Source of the DNA: an uncultured Sulfurimonas sp.
Lineage (GTDB): Bacteria > Campylobacterota > Campylobacteria > Campylobacterales > Sulfurimonadaceae
Length of the DNA: 57,504 nucleotides
NCBI GenBank assembly: GCA_937900945.1
Contig: CALCGG010000065.1
Location: 1-57,504, forward strand
Direction: 5' to 3'
Shown here in pieces: positions 1 to 9,831 of the stretch. How positions within the stretch are numbered: the stretch's first letter is position 1; each line of letters begins with the position of its first letter. The notes beneath the pieces are model-generated. The model worked only from the letters and a program-made list of their open reading frames with translations, was not told the DNA's origin and did not search any database. The translations under genes were made by a program, and so were the position numbers.

Positions 1-153
1 GATGGAACTTCAGGAGATTCAACTGAGACAACGACGCTGGGTATAAACTATTTTCCGCATGAACAAGTTGTGTTGAAATTAGACTATGCTATGAAAAGTC
101 AAGGCTCTGTCGATACTGATACTGCGAGTATTTCTATGGGCTTTATTTTTTAA
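1..153 (+). CDS. 3' end of a probable outer-membrane beta-barrel/porin (partial, starts before the window)
   Basis: Not in the ORF track. Frame 1 reads DGTSGDSTETTTLGINYFPHEQVVLKLDYAMKSQGSVDTDTASISMGFIF* (TAA 151-153): alternating beta-strand pattern and C-terminal Phe typical of a BAM beta-signal. Confidence 0.7.
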   Translation, partial: DGTSGDSTETTTLGINYFPHEQVVLKLDYAMKSQGSVDTDTASISMGFIF

Positions 154-165
154 AAAAGAGAGATT

Positions 166-690
166 ATGAAAAAAATATTTATCTATATTCTGTTTATTTT
201 TGCACTTCCATTGAGTGCAAAAATATTGATCTCGCCCGTGGATGCCATGAAATATGCTTATGGACAAGAGAGTGAAATCAGCAAAAAAAATATTTTACTC
301 TCTTCCCAACAGGCTGCACGAATCACTGAAGAGGCAAAAGTAAAACTTGATACTAAGATATTTAGAATTTTTAAAGCCATCAAGGCAGATAAAGTTCTTG
401 GTTTTGGGATTTTGGTAAACAATAAAGTTCGTTCTAAAAATGCTGTAGTTATCTATTTTATAACGCCCCAGTCAATACTCAAAGGGATAGAGATTATAGC
501 TTTCAATGAACCTGATGAATATATTCCATCCAAAGAATGGAGTTCGCAGTTTCAAAATATAGAAACAACTAAAATGCTTAGGACCTCAAAAGAGATTCCA
601 ACCATAACAGGTGCGACACTCAGTGCCAGAAGTATTACGGATAGTTCCAGAGTGGCATTTGCTTTATATAATGAGGTTTTAAAAAATTAA
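166..690 (+). CDS. Exported FMN-binding (flavinylated) domain protein
   Basis: Signal peptide (…LPLSA) and C-terminal ITGATLS matching the [S/T]GA[S/T] ApbE flavinylation motif; apbE is nearby. Confidence 0.85.
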   Translation: MKKIFIYILFIFALPLSAKILISPVDAMKYAYGQESEISKKNILLSSQQAARITEEAKVKLDTKIFRIFKAIKADKVLGFGILVNNKVRSKNAVVIYFITPQSILKGIEIIAFNEPDEYIPSKEWSSQFQNIETTKMLRTSKEIPTITGATLSARSITDSSRVAFALYNEVLKN

Positions 691-691
691 A

Positions 692-1165
692 ATGAAATTT
701 ACAATTATAAAAGATTTAAAACAAGACAGTTTGATGAAACCTATATTGTCAAGCTTATTGTTCTTCACCCTACTCTATCTCATATCTGATATTTTTGTAA
801 AGCAAAGCAGTTTTGGCATTTTTACACAAACGATACACCTAACACTTTTTGGAGATGAAGAACAATTTGTAGACCCCATAACACAATCCTCTTTCTTAGA
901 ATTTTGGCATGGAGAAATCTTTTTTATTATGATGATTGTTTTTACACTCAGTACCATCTTTATTCGAGTAAGTAACGCTTCAAAGAGTGCTATAGTGATT
1001 GTCAATCTCTTGATGATCAGTTCCATTATTTCACTTATAAGCTTGCCGCTTGCATATTTTATACATGTAGGCTTTATCCAAATCTATGTTCTAACTTTTT
1101 TTGTGTGGCATATTTTAGCGATACTGAGTGCACTTACTTCTCTAAAAGGGCTCTATTATGCATAA
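692..1165 (+). CDS. Uncharacterised ~4-TM membrane protein with His residues in or near the membrane
   Basis: Four hydrophobic segments; FWHGE and VWHIL; 1 bp from the upstream gene and overlapping the downstream gene. Confidence 0.75.
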   Translation: MKFTIIKDLKQDSLMKPILSSLLFFTLLYLISDIFVKQSSFGIFTQTIHLTLFGDEEQFVDPITQSSFLEFWHGEIFFIMMIVFTLSTIFIRVSNASKSAIVIVNLLMISSIISLISLPLAYFIHVGFIQIYVLTFFVWHILAILSALTSLKGLYYA

Positions 1166-1613
1166 GGCTTACAAAGTCTCTATATTGTATTTTTCCATTT
1201 TTACGCTCATGCTTCTAGTAAGTGGTATTATGATATTTGAGTCTAAAATAGGCTTTGAAGTCAATAGAGCGCTCGCCTATTATATTGGTGACAAGGAGCT
1301 TTTTCTCACTGCCAAAAGCAATAGCGGCATTTTAAAATCAGCCCTGCCACATATTTTTGCTTTTGCACTTTTGTCTATGGTCACCTTGCATTTTTTGGTC
1401 TTTACAAGATATAGGAACAAATCAATTGTAAAAATATTGCTCTATACAATCCTGAGTGCACAATTTTTTGAAATATTCAGTCCGTTTCTTATCATCAATA
1501 TCTCTGATATTTTCATATACTTGAAAATAGTCTCATTTTTTATATATGTCTGCATGATTCCTGTGGTTTTATATCTACTTTTTGATAGTATTGCACAAAT
1601 AAAATTCAGATAG
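1158..1613 (+). CDS. Uncharacterised ~4-TM membrane protein, apparent paralogue of the preceding gene
   Basis: Hydrophobic segments; GDKELF…LPHIF aligns by eye with GDEEQF…FWHGEIF of the previous ORF; 8-bp overlap. Confidence 0.75.
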   Translation: MHKAYKVSILYFSIFTLMLLVSGIMIFESKIGFEVNRALAYYIGDKELFLTAKSNSGILKSALPHIFAFALLSMVTLHFLVFTRYRNKSIVKILLYTILSAQFFEIFSPFLIINISDIFIYLKIVSFFIYVCMIPVVLYLLFDSIAQIKFR

Positions 1614-1623
1614 GAATATAGTC

Positions 1624-2175
1624 ATGTTAGAAGTTTTGCTACTCTCCTTTGCTCTTAGTATGGATGCATTTGCGGTTTCAATCGGTATCGGTGTCAAAAA
1701 CAAAGATTTTGACAAGAAACTAGCTCTTAAAGTTGGGCTGTTTTTTGGATTTTTTCAAGGATTTATGCCTCTGTTTGGTTATTTTGCAAGTATCGGATTA
1801 GGAGGTATTATAGAATCAGTCGATCATTGGATTGCCTTTATTTTACTGAGTATCATAGGTGGGAAGATGCTTTATGAAAGTTTTGGTGAAAATATTGAAG
1901 ATGAAATCACAAAAATAACGAATAAAATACTGCTGCTTTTAGCAATAGCTACAAGTATAGATGCCATGGCAGCAGGCTTTACCCTGAATCTACTTCAACT
2001 CAATCCATATCTATCCATGATAATTATCGGTGTAGTGACTTTAATATTTAGCTATATTGGAGTTTTTATCGGTTCAAGAGGCGGTGGATTTTTAGAAGAC
2101 AAAGCTGAAAAAATAGGCGGCGTTGTTTTAATCGGAATTGGTTTAAAAATCTTGATAGAACACACCTTATACTAA
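1624..2175 (+). CDS. mntP: Manganese efflux pump MntP
   Basis: Duplicated motifs ALSMDAFAVS and ATSIDAMAAG, plus FQGFMP, DHWIAF and AEKIGG. Confidence 0.9.
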   Translation: MLEVLLLSFALSMDAFAVSIGIGVKNKDFDKKLALKVGLFFGFFQGFMPLFGYFASIGLGGIIESVDHWIAFILLSIIGGKMLYESFGENIEDEITKITNKILLLLAIATSIDAMAAGFTLNLLQLNPYLSMIIIGVVTLIFSYIGVFIGSRGGGFLEDKAEKIGGVVLIGIGLKILIEHTLY

Positions 2176-2177
2176 AT

Positions 2178-3113
2178 CTAGTAAAGCTTAAAATTTTCAA
2201 CAAACTCATCTATATTTGTACTCACAACCAACCTTCCGTCACTTTGGAGTATGACATAAGCGACGGGCATTTTATGTAAGAAACTGTAAGCTTTCTCTTT
2301 GGGCATAACGCTTACAGCTGTTGTAAAGGCATCCAAGTCACTATTTGGCATATCAGAGATAAGCGTTATCGATATAAAATTTTGTGCAGATTTTTTGAGT
2401 TTTGGATTTATCAGATGATTATTCTTTGAAGATTGTACGTATCTGTTATAATTTCCGCTCGTGCTGATTCCCGTCTCATGTTTCACTGTATCAAAACTAG
2501 CCAAAGAAGATTCTGTCTCATGCGGATTCTGAATATCTATGTGACATGTATCAAGGCACCTGATATCTCCGCTTGCAGAGATTACGGCTCGTGCGACATT
2601 TTTATTTTTAAAATAATCTGCCACCTTATCGACGCCAAATCCTTTCCCCATCCCGCCTAAATCTAAGTTCATATTTTTGTCAATAGAGGCTACATGTAGA
2701 TTAAAAGAAAGACCTTTAAAGTTTACATTTGCGTCTTGCAAATCTTGCTTTGTCGGAAGCTGTTCCTGCTCACCAAACCTGTATAAATCTTTAGTAATAG
2801 AACCAATCGTTATGTCAAAATATCCATCTGTTTGCTCATAATATTTTTTGCTCAATACTAAAGCTTGGTATGTATAAGAATCCAAACTAATTTTTTTGTT
2901 TTTATTGAGTTGAAAAATCTTGGCATTTGAATCATACGAGGAGAGTGAGAGCTCAACATTTTTGATGATTTGAAAGCCATCTTCTATAAGGTTTGAATGA
3001 TTTTCATCCATAGATATAGTTATGAACGTTCCCATGCCTACTTTTGTTCTTGTAAGCATTTGAGCATTTAAAAAAGGCAAAAAGAGTAAAAGAAAAACTA
3101 GAAATCTAAGCAT
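2178..3113 (-). CDS. apbE: FAD:protein FMN transferase ApbE
   Basis: MGT, DLGGMGKG, SGD, STSGNY, HLINP and DAFTTA motifs; N-terminal signal peptide. Confidence 0.92.
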   Translation of the reverse strand: MLRFLVFLLLFLPFLNAQMLTRTKVGMGTFITISMDENHSNLIEDGFQIIKNVELSLSSYDSNAKIFQLNKNKKISLDSYTYQALVLSKKYYEQTDGYFDITIGSITKDLYRFGEQEQLPTKQDLQDANVNFKGLSFNLHVASIDKNMNLDLGGMGKGFGVDKVADYFKNKNVARAVISASGDIRCLDTCHIDIQNPHETESSLASFDTVKHETGISTSGNYNRYVQSSKNNHLINPKLKKSAQNFISITLISDMPNSDLDAFTTAVSVMPKEKAYSFLHKMPVAYVILQSDGRLVVSTNIDEFVENFKLY

Positions 3114-3116
3114 TTA

Positions 3117-3650
3117 CTATTTACTTTTTGGTCTAAAAGCCTTGATAACATTTTCGTTAGTTTCTATAAATGGACCTTCTATCAAATCTATGCAGTATGG
3201 GACTGCTGGAAAAACTGCGTCTAAACATTCTCTGATTGACTTTGGTTTTCCCGGTAGGTTTATAATCAAACTCTTACCTCTGATGCCTGCAGTTTGACGA
3301 GAAAGAATGGCTGTAGGAACATACTGCAAGCTTACCTGACGCATAAGCTCGCCAAAGCCTGGCATCATTTTTTGACATACATTTTCCGTAGCCTCTGGAG
3401 TCACATCACGCAAAGCCGGACCGGTTCCACCCGTTGTTACAACCAAACAACACCCTGCATCATCACATAGTTCTTTCATGGTGTTTTCCAAAATATCCTG
3501 CTCATCGGGGATACATCTGTAAACTATCTCAAATTCACTTTTTAAATACTCTTTCATGGTATCTTGAATTGCTACGCCTGAGATATCTTCATATATCCCT
3601 TTACTTGCTCTATCGCTTGCTGTTATAACACCTATTTTTATCTCACTCAC
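3117..3650 (-). CDS. mog: Molybdopterin adenylyltransferase
   Basis: SDRAS, TTGGTG, RDVTPEAT, PGFGE and NLPGKP motifs. Confidence 0.95.
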   Translation of the reverse strand: MSEIKIGVITASDRASKGIYEDISGVAIQDTMKEYLKSEFEIVYRCIPDEQDILENTMKELCDDAGCCLVVTTGGTGPALRDVTPEATENVCQKMMPGFGELMRQVSLQYVPTAILSRQTAGIRGKSLIINLPGKPKSIRECLDAVFPAVPYCIDLIEGPFIETNENVIKAFRPKSK

Positions 3651-3659
3651 ATTATTCTC

Positions 3660-4181
3660 CTAATTTGTTTGCAAAAAATGATTTGCATTTTTGATATATG
3701 TCACAGTTGCAACTTTTAAAAAGAATTCTCTTGCTTTTTGTGTGTCGATGACAGCATCTTCACTTCCGATATAGACCTCAATGTTTACACCCTTTTGCAA
3801 AAGTTTTTCCAACCCGTCTAAACTCCATTTATAGTTCAGCAACTCATCTAGTTCGTCAATAGTAGTTATTGAGCGTTCTATTGTTTTATTCGCATGTGGG
3901 GAAAAACAGGAGTTTATGAATTGACGAAGATATACATCCTCATTTTTTCTGTAAGCAAGCAGTTGCAACCGCTTAAAGCTTTCCTCTTTAGTTTGAAAAA
4001 AAGCTGGTGAAAAAAGTTGCAGCGTATCTATCCTATTTCCATTTGCTACCTGCTTCTTTGCCTCTTCATAAGCTTTTATAGCTCCATAACTAAATCCAGA
4101 TATGCAGTACTCAGAACTATTGAGATAGTTTTCAAACAAATATGATTCATTTTTTAAAGAAAAACCACTATAAAATTTCAT
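3660..4181 (-). CDS. bioV: Pimelyl-ACP methyl ester esterase BioV (alpha/beta hydrolase)
   Basis: GFSYG nucleophile elbow, Asp (EDAVID) and His (ANHF); Campylobacterota position after the ftsH-like gene. Start moved to MKFYSGF (4181) to avoid a long overlap. Confidence 0.8.
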   Translation of the reverse strand: MKFYSGFSLKNESYLFENYLNSSEYCISGFSYGAIKAYEEAKKQVANGNRIDTLQLFSPAFFQTKEESFKRLQLLAYRKNEDVYLRQFINSCFSPHANKTIERSITTIDELDELLNYKWSLDGLEKLLQKGVNIEVYIGSEDAVIDTQKAREFFLKVATVTYIKNANHFLQTN

Positions 4182-5814
4182 CAATATACTTTCTAACTTC
4201 TGTTTTTGTGATGCTTTCTCTCTCATACAGTACGGTTTCAACTTTATGAATGACACTTGGCATAGACTTTAGAAGTATCTTTGTTTCATCGTAGAGACGG
4301 TTCATGACTAGCTCTTCTTCATGCCCCATTGCAATAAGCGATGTTCCCATCCCATACTCTTCTATCATTTTTTTGATAAAATCTTTAGCTTCGTCCAAAT
4401 CACCCTTAGCAGAACTTGAGTGTTCATTGTATTTAATCGAACATGCGACAAGACCTGCCAAGTGCATTTTAATTCTTGACTCGATTTCATGTTTTATAAG
4501 AGAATCATTCGTTGTTGGTGTCAGCTTTTCATTTGAGAGCATCAGTTTTTCAAATGAAATATCAAAATAAGTAGCACAAATGGCCTTTGCTGCCTGATAG
4601 GTCACATGATACTTTTTTTGTTCATCATTGAGTATTTGAAGCTTTTTCTTGCCAAATAACACCTTGTCTTTTACCTGATGGAAATGCTCTATCGTAATAT
4701 GAAAATCTTTTTGTCTAAGAGAAAGCAGTGCTGCTTCATTTACAAGAGCCGCCAGCGAAGCTCCATTAAAACCAACTGTCATATTTGCAACTGCTTCTAC
4801 GTCCAACTGATGAGGAACTTTTTGTAAATACTTGGAAAGGATGGAAGCTCTTTCTCTTTTAGTCGGAAGTTCCACAAAAATTCTTCTATCAAATCTGCCG
4901 GCACGCAGAAGTGCAGAATCCAGCACTTCTATTTTATTTGTAGCAGCTAAAACTATAACACCGCTTGAACCTTCAAAACCATCCATTTCTGTTAAAAGCT
5001 GATTCAGTGTAGCTTCTCGTTCATCATTTCTTTGTCCATCTCGTATTTTACCGACCGCATCAATTTCATCAATAAAAACAATAGAAGGAGAGTTGTTTTT
5101 TGCAGCAGCAAAAAGTTCATGTACCCTCTTAGCACCCATGCCGACATATATCTGCACAAATGAAGCACCGCTTTGATAGTAAAAAGGAACTCCGGCTTCA
5201 TTTGCCACAGCTTTAGCTATCATAGTTTTACCCACACCCGGAGGACCAACCAAAAGCACACCTTTTGGCATGTAAGCTCCAAAACTTTTGTATCGTTTGG
5301 GATTTTTTATAAAGTCTATAATCTCTTCAAGCTCTATTTTCACGTCAGAAATACCGCCAATATCCTTAAAAGTAACATCACTTTTAATAGCTTCTACCGG
5401 TGTGCTATCATGCGAAAGAGAAGATATGTTGCTACTTTGAGAGCCAAAAAGATTACTAGAATCCGTTCGTTTTTGCCACCATCTGAGTGCTAAACTGCCA
5501 AGACCCAAAAATAAAACTAGAGATAGTAAATAAACAATGATATTTGTACCTGTTTCAACATCAACTTTGTAATCTATAAACATTTTTGGAGTTACTTGAG
5601 AAGATGCTATTTTGTAGTTATTTTTCTCTGTTTTTAAATAAACATACTCTTTTGTAACTATTACTTTTTGAACGGTATGATTCTGAAGTATCTTCGTAGC
5701 ATCTTTTAAAGTAATAGGACTTGCATTATCTCTAAGCAGTGCAAACAAGACCAAAGCTATCACTATGAAAGCGGATACATAAAGCGCTATTCTGTTTGTT
5801 TTAGAGTTTAACAT
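4168..5814 (-). CDS. FtsH-like membrane AAA+ ATPase with degenerate protease domain
   Basis: Two TM segments, Walker A GPPGVGKT, Walker B FIDEID, SRH ALLRAGRFDR; the HEXXH site reads YQAAK. Start at MLNSK preferred over 5850. Confidence 0.88.
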   Translation of the reverse strand: MLNSKTNRIALYVSAFIVIALVLFALLRDNASPITLKDATKILQNHTVQKVIVTKEYVYLKTEKNNYKIASSQVTPKMFIDYKVDVETGTNIIVYLLSLVLFLGLGSLALRWWQKRTDSSNLFGSQSSNISSLSHDSTPVEAIKSDVTFKDIGGISDVKIELEEIIDFIKNPKRYKSFGAYMPKGVLLVGPPGVGKTMIAKAVANEAGVPFYYQSGASFVQIYVGMGAKRVHELFAAAKNNSPSIVFIDEIDAVGKIRDGQRNDEREATLNQLLTEMDGFEGSSGVIVLAATNKIEVLDSALLRAGRFDRRIFVELPTKRERASILSKYLQKVPHQLDVEAVANMTVGFNGASLAALVNEAALLSLRQKDFHITIEHFHQVKDKVLFGKKKLQILNDEQKKYHVTYQAAKAICATYFDISFEKLMLSNEKLTPTTNDSLIKHEIESRIKMHLAGLVACSIKYNEHSSSAKGDLDEAKDFIKKMIEEYGMGTSLIAMGHEEELVMNRLYDETKILLKSMPSVIHKVETVLYERESITKTEVRKYIDEIL

Positions 5815-7045
5815 AGTTACTATCTCCTTTTGCGGTATAGTTTTGTACATTTATCCAGTTACCGACCAAGTCTTCATTTGACTCAACTATAACTTTATTG
5901 AAATGTTGATCAAAACCATGATAGGAGCCATCTTTTTCATTTTCTATCAAAACTTCCAACTCTCCCCGATAAGCTTTTCTAAAATCAAAATTTTTCTCTT
6001 CTATCAATATTTCAAGCTCATGTAGTCTTGCTTTTGCGACTTTTCCATTTACCTCTGGCTTCATTGTGGACGATGGAGTGCCATCTCTTTTAGAATAACT
6101 GAATGCATGCAAGTGTGTCAATGGTAATTCTCTTGCATTTTGCATCGCCTCAGCCCAGAGCGCATCATTCTCTCCCGGATGACCCGTAATAAAATCAGTT
6201 CCAATAGCAAAACCTTTACCTGCTAAAAGTTCAAAAAGCTCTCTGTCTTGCTTATAAACATTTCTTCTGTTCATGAGCTTTAACATTTGTGGAGAGGTGT
6301 GTTGCAGCGCTATATGAAGATGTCGCTCCAGCCATGGCTCATCAAGAATCTCTTTAAATTCATCTGTGATTTGAATAGGTTCAACACTCCCAAGTCTAAT
6401 GCGTCTGACACCGCGGACTTGAGATATTTTTTTCATCAGTTTCGCAAGAGATGTTTTGGTATCTTGCCCATAACTGCCGACATTTGTTCCAGTCAAGATA
6501 AACTCACCAAAACCATTGAGTGCAAGTCTGGAGATTTGTTCCAAAATACGACCTTCGTCCATGCTCCTTGCATCGCCGCGCACATAAGGGATAATGCAGT
6601 AAGAACAACGAAAGTTGCACCCCTCCTGAATCTTTATAAACGCCCTGCTTTTGCCTATGAAATCATCAACAACGCTATTGTCTATATGGTTTAAATCTCC
6701 CGGGTCATAAAAAGGTTTATCCTGAGACAACATGAAATCTATTTTTTGTTTTTCACTTTGTCCAAAAACTCCATGAACCCTTTTTTCCTCAAGAAGCTTT
6801 TCTCCTTTCGTATGGGCACCACAGCCTGTCAAAAAGATTTTTGCATCACTGCTTTTTTCTACATGACCTATGTATGAACGTACATGTGAATCAGCCCCGT
6901 TTGTGACTGTACATGAGTTTATGACTATCGCATCCGCTTCTTCTTCGTTTTGTGTTATTTCGTAGTCCCTTAAAGAACTCATCATTACCTGTGAGTCATA
7001 AAGGTTTGTTCTGCATCCAAAAGTTTTAAAATATACTTTTTTCAT
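5801..7045 (-). CDS. mtaB: tRNA t6A37 methylthiotransferase MtaB
   Basis: TFGCRTN, NSCTVT, radical-SAM CNFRCSYC motif, C-terminal TRAM-like region. Confidence 0.92.
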   Translation of the reverse strand: MKKVYFKTFGCRTNLYDSQVMMSSLRDYEITQNEEEADAIVINSCTVTNGADSHVRSYIGHVEKSSDAKIFLTGCGAHTKGEKLLEEKRVHGVFGQSEKQKIDFMLSQDKPFYDPGDLNHIDNSVVDDFIGKSRAFIKIQEGCNFRCSYCIIPYVRGDARSMDEGRILEQISRLALNGFGEFILTGTNVGSYGQDTKTSLAKLMKKISQVRGVRRIRLGSVEPIQITDEFKEILDEPWLERHLHIALQHTSPQMLKLMNRRNVYKQDRELFELLAGKGFAIGTDFITGHPGENDALWAEAMQNARELPLTHLHAFSYSKRDGTPSSTMKPEVNGKVAKARLHELEILIEEKNFDFRKAYRGELEVLIENEKDGSYHGFDQHFNKVIVESNEDLVGNWINVQNYTAKGDSNYVKL

Positions 7046-8704
7046 TTAAACAATCTCATTTGTGTCAAAAGGAGGAATTTTTCTCTCATCTTGAATATGT
7101 AGTTTTTGAGTTGGGTATGCGATAGTAATATCGTCTGCAGCATTAAAGGCATCTACAATTTCCAAAGATATAACACTTCTGAGAGTCAAAGTCGCATAAG
7201 CATTTGTCAAATACCAGGCGTCAATAGATATACCGTTTGGTTCTATAAAAGAAAAGATTCTAGGTTCAACATTTGTATTTTTAAGGCTATATTGATTTCT
7301 TAGTTTATTTAACTGTTTTCTTGTAATGTCTGTATAACCCTTAGAATATTTTTTAGTTATCTCTTTAGCTAAATGCATGGCCTTTTTATGGTTTGAATCA
7401 AAAGAAATAGTTATATGAACACCATCCCAAACAGTTTTAAGCGTACTGTGCGTATAGTTTGCGACCATTCTGGTAAAGATGTAGTTATTCGGTACAAAAA
7501 TAATTCTTCCGGCTCTTCTGTTTTGCATGATTGAGGTAAGTGTAATATCTTCAAGTATTGTCATGCGAAGAAGTGAAATATCCATAACATCTCCCACATA
7601 TTTCATCCCGTCCATATCTACACGAATTCTATCTCCAACATGGATACTTCCGCCAAATACAATCACAAGCCAGCCCAAAATACTCATAAACCAGTCTTTC
7701 ATTGCAATAGCAATACCGGCTGAAGCGAAGCCTAAAATCGTAACTAAATAGCTGACATTTTCTATATAATTAAAAAACAAAATCAAAATAATTAATGTTA
7801 CATTCGTGAAAGTGATGATTTTATTTGCCATATAAAATCGTTCATTGTCTGTTATATATTTTTTAACTATTAATTTGAGTAAAAAGAAGAAAATAAATAC
7901 AACAAATATAATAATTCCGATTTTCATTAGTCTATAAGCTTGTTCTTTTACGCCTTTATTTATATTTAGCTCAGCAATTTCAAGCCTTTTTTGATAAACC
8001 TTTGATGTAACTGTTATGGTGTCTAATGCCGTTTGAAATATTTCAAGCTGTTTTTCTTTAGCTGCAACTATTTCTTCATATTTTTTTTCAGTATCTAGCA
8101 GTGTAATTTCTTTATAAATCTGAAGTTCTTTCCTTAAAAGGCGTATTAAACCATTTAATTGCTCTTTTCTTTTTTTGTAATCCGTAAAATCAATATCTAA
8201 AGTCTTTGTACGCGATATCCCGGTAAAAATATCAAATGGATTTGTAACGCTTGGTATGTCATCAATATTTGGAGGGGTAAGGAGTTTTGAAAAAGGAGCA
8301 CTTCCTTTTTGTTTTAATTTTTCAATCTCAGATGCCAGAATTTTTTCTTTTGAAATCAAACCGCTTAGCTCATCATTTTCACTTATTGATTTCTTTTTTC
8401 TTGTTAAATACTTTATTCGCTCTGTAATCTTTTCTAAACTTTCTCTCACTTCAAGAGAAGTAAGATAAGAAGCATAGCTCTTATTCCAAACTTTCTCGTT
8501 AGATATCTCTTCTTGTAAGTTTTTTAACTCATCCCGATAAGCATTTAATTTTTCTTTTTTATTTTGAACTTCAAGCTCTATTTCAATCTGTTTTTGTTTT
8601 TCATCTTGTTCTATTTGTATTTTGTTTGATAAATTGGCATCTTCATTTACCTGCGCATAGAGTACGGAAGATATAATGAAAAATAAAAATATGAAACTTT
8701 TCAT
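7046..8704 (-). CDS. MscS-family mechanosensitive channel with periplasmic coiled-coil
   Basis: Signal peptide, coiled coil, TM helices, then GFASAGIAIAMKD, VGDRI, IFVPNN and IAYPT. Confidence 0.88.
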   Translation of the reverse strand: MKSFIFLFFIISSVLYAQVNEDANLSNKIQIEQDEKQKQIEIELEVQNKKEKLNAYRDELKNLQEEISNEKVWNKSYASYLTSLEVRESLEKITERIKYLTRKKKSISENDELSGLISKEKILASEIEKLKQKGSAPFSKLLTPPNIDDIPSVTNPFDIFTGISRTKTLDIDFTDYKKRKEQLNGLIRLLRKELQIYKEITLLDTEKKYEEIVAAKEKQLEIFQTALDTITVTSKVYQKRLEIAELNINKGVKEQAYRLMKIGIIIFVVFIFFFLLKLIVKKYITDNERFYMANKIITFTNVTLIILILFFNYIENVSYLVTILGFASAGIAIAMKDWFMSILGWLVIVFGGSIHVGDRIRVDMDGMKYVGDVMDISLLRMTILEDITLTSIMQNRRAGRIIFVPNNYIFTRMVANYTHSTLKTVWDGVHITISFDSNHKKAMHLAKEITKKYSKGYTDITRKQLNKLRNQYSLKNTNVEPRIFSFIEPNGISIDAWYLTNAYATLTLRSVISLEIVDAFNAADDITIAYPTQKLHIQDERKIPPFDTNEIV

Positions 8705-9753
8705 TAAGCTTCTCCAAACTTATTTAAAACGCACATTATTGTCCCTATGCTTATCTCATCAGTTATGGTTACATCGCCTATTCCGATAGGAACAATAAAA
8801 GTTATTTTAGCATCAGAACTTTTTTTATCTAAAAAAAATGTATCGTAAAAACTTTTTGAATTTTCTATGAAATATGTTGTCGGCAAATTATATTTTTTTA
8901 AGAGAGCTTTGATCCTGTCTGCTTCTTTTTGAGTCATAAGATTCATCTTCATAGCTGTCTCATTTGCCATTACCATTCCGATAGCTACAGCTTCGCCATG
9001 TAAATATGTCTTATATTTTGTCTCATTTTCTATGACATGACCAAAAGTATGTCCATAATTTAAAGCGGCTCTCAATCCATGTTCTTTTTCATCTTGTGCT
9101 ACCACATCAGCTTTTGTCTGGACAGCTTTTTTAATAGCTTCTTGCAATATATCAGGATTTTTTAAATCAGAATTTTCTAAAAATTCAAAAAAATCTTTAT
9201 TAAAAGTAACTGCCATTTTAACCATCTCAGCTACGCCGGCACCAAATTCACGAGAAGGTAAAGTAGTTAAAAAATATGGGTCAATATAAACGGCTTTAGG
9301 CTGATGAAAAGCTCCAATTAAATTTTTTCCATAAGAGTTGTTCATCCCTGTTTTTCCACCAACACTGGCATCCACCTGAGAGAGAAGTGTCGTCGGCATT
9401 TGGATAAAGTCTATACCTCTTTGATAGATACTAGCAGCATATCCGGTCATATCACCTATAACACCCCCGCCAAAAGCTATTAGCATAGATTTACGATTAA
9501 AACGATGGTTAAAAAGTGATTCTAGAATAGTGTTTATACTTTCTTGGTTTTTGTACTCTTCCCCATCAGGAACGGTGATAATATAAAGCTCTTTTGCAGA
9601 AATTTTTGAGAGCAAATAAGCTAAATGAAGCCCTGCTACTTTTGGGTTAGTAACTATGGCAACTTTTGTATCAAAATGAAGTTCAGGAAGTGAGTCAATC
9701 GTTATATCGTATGAACTATCAATGACTTTTTTTAAAGGGATGTTTACTTGCAT
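8704..9753 (-). CDS. aroB: 3-dehydroquinate synthase
   Basis: DGEEYK, GGGVIGD, PTTLLSQVDASVGGKTG, LNYGHTFGH and HGEAVAIG. Confidence 0.97.
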   Translation of the reverse strand: MQVNIPLKKVIDSSYDITIDSLPELHFDTKVAIVTNPKVAGLHLAYLLSKISAKELYIITVPDGEEYKNQESINTILESLFNHRFNRKSMLIAFGGGVIGDMTGYAASIYQRGIDFIQMPTTLLSQVDASVGGKTGMNNSYGKNLIGAFHQPKAVYIDPYFLTTLPSREFGAGVAEMVKMAVTFNKDFFEFLENSDLKNPDILQEAIKKAVQTKADVVAQDEKEHGLRAALNYGHTFGHVIENETKYKTYLHGEAVAIGMVMANETAMKMNLMTQKEADRIKALLKKYNLPTTYFIENSKSFYDTFFLDKKSSDAKITFIVPIGIGDVTITDEISIGTIMCVLNKFGEA

Positions 9754-9831
9754 TATCTATCCAAAAATTTAATTTGTAAAATGGATATATAATACTTTAA
9801 AAATCCTAAGAAATCGCTAAATCATCAAACT

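Noticed and set aside
1614-1623. yybP-ykoY Mn riboswitch expected upstream of mntP
   Set aside because: Only 10 bp separate mntP from the previous gene; no room for it.
4182-4256. Longer N-terminus for bioV given by the ORF track
   Set aside because: It would overlap the ftsH-like gene by 89 bp; MKFYSGF at 4181 gives a typical short overlap.
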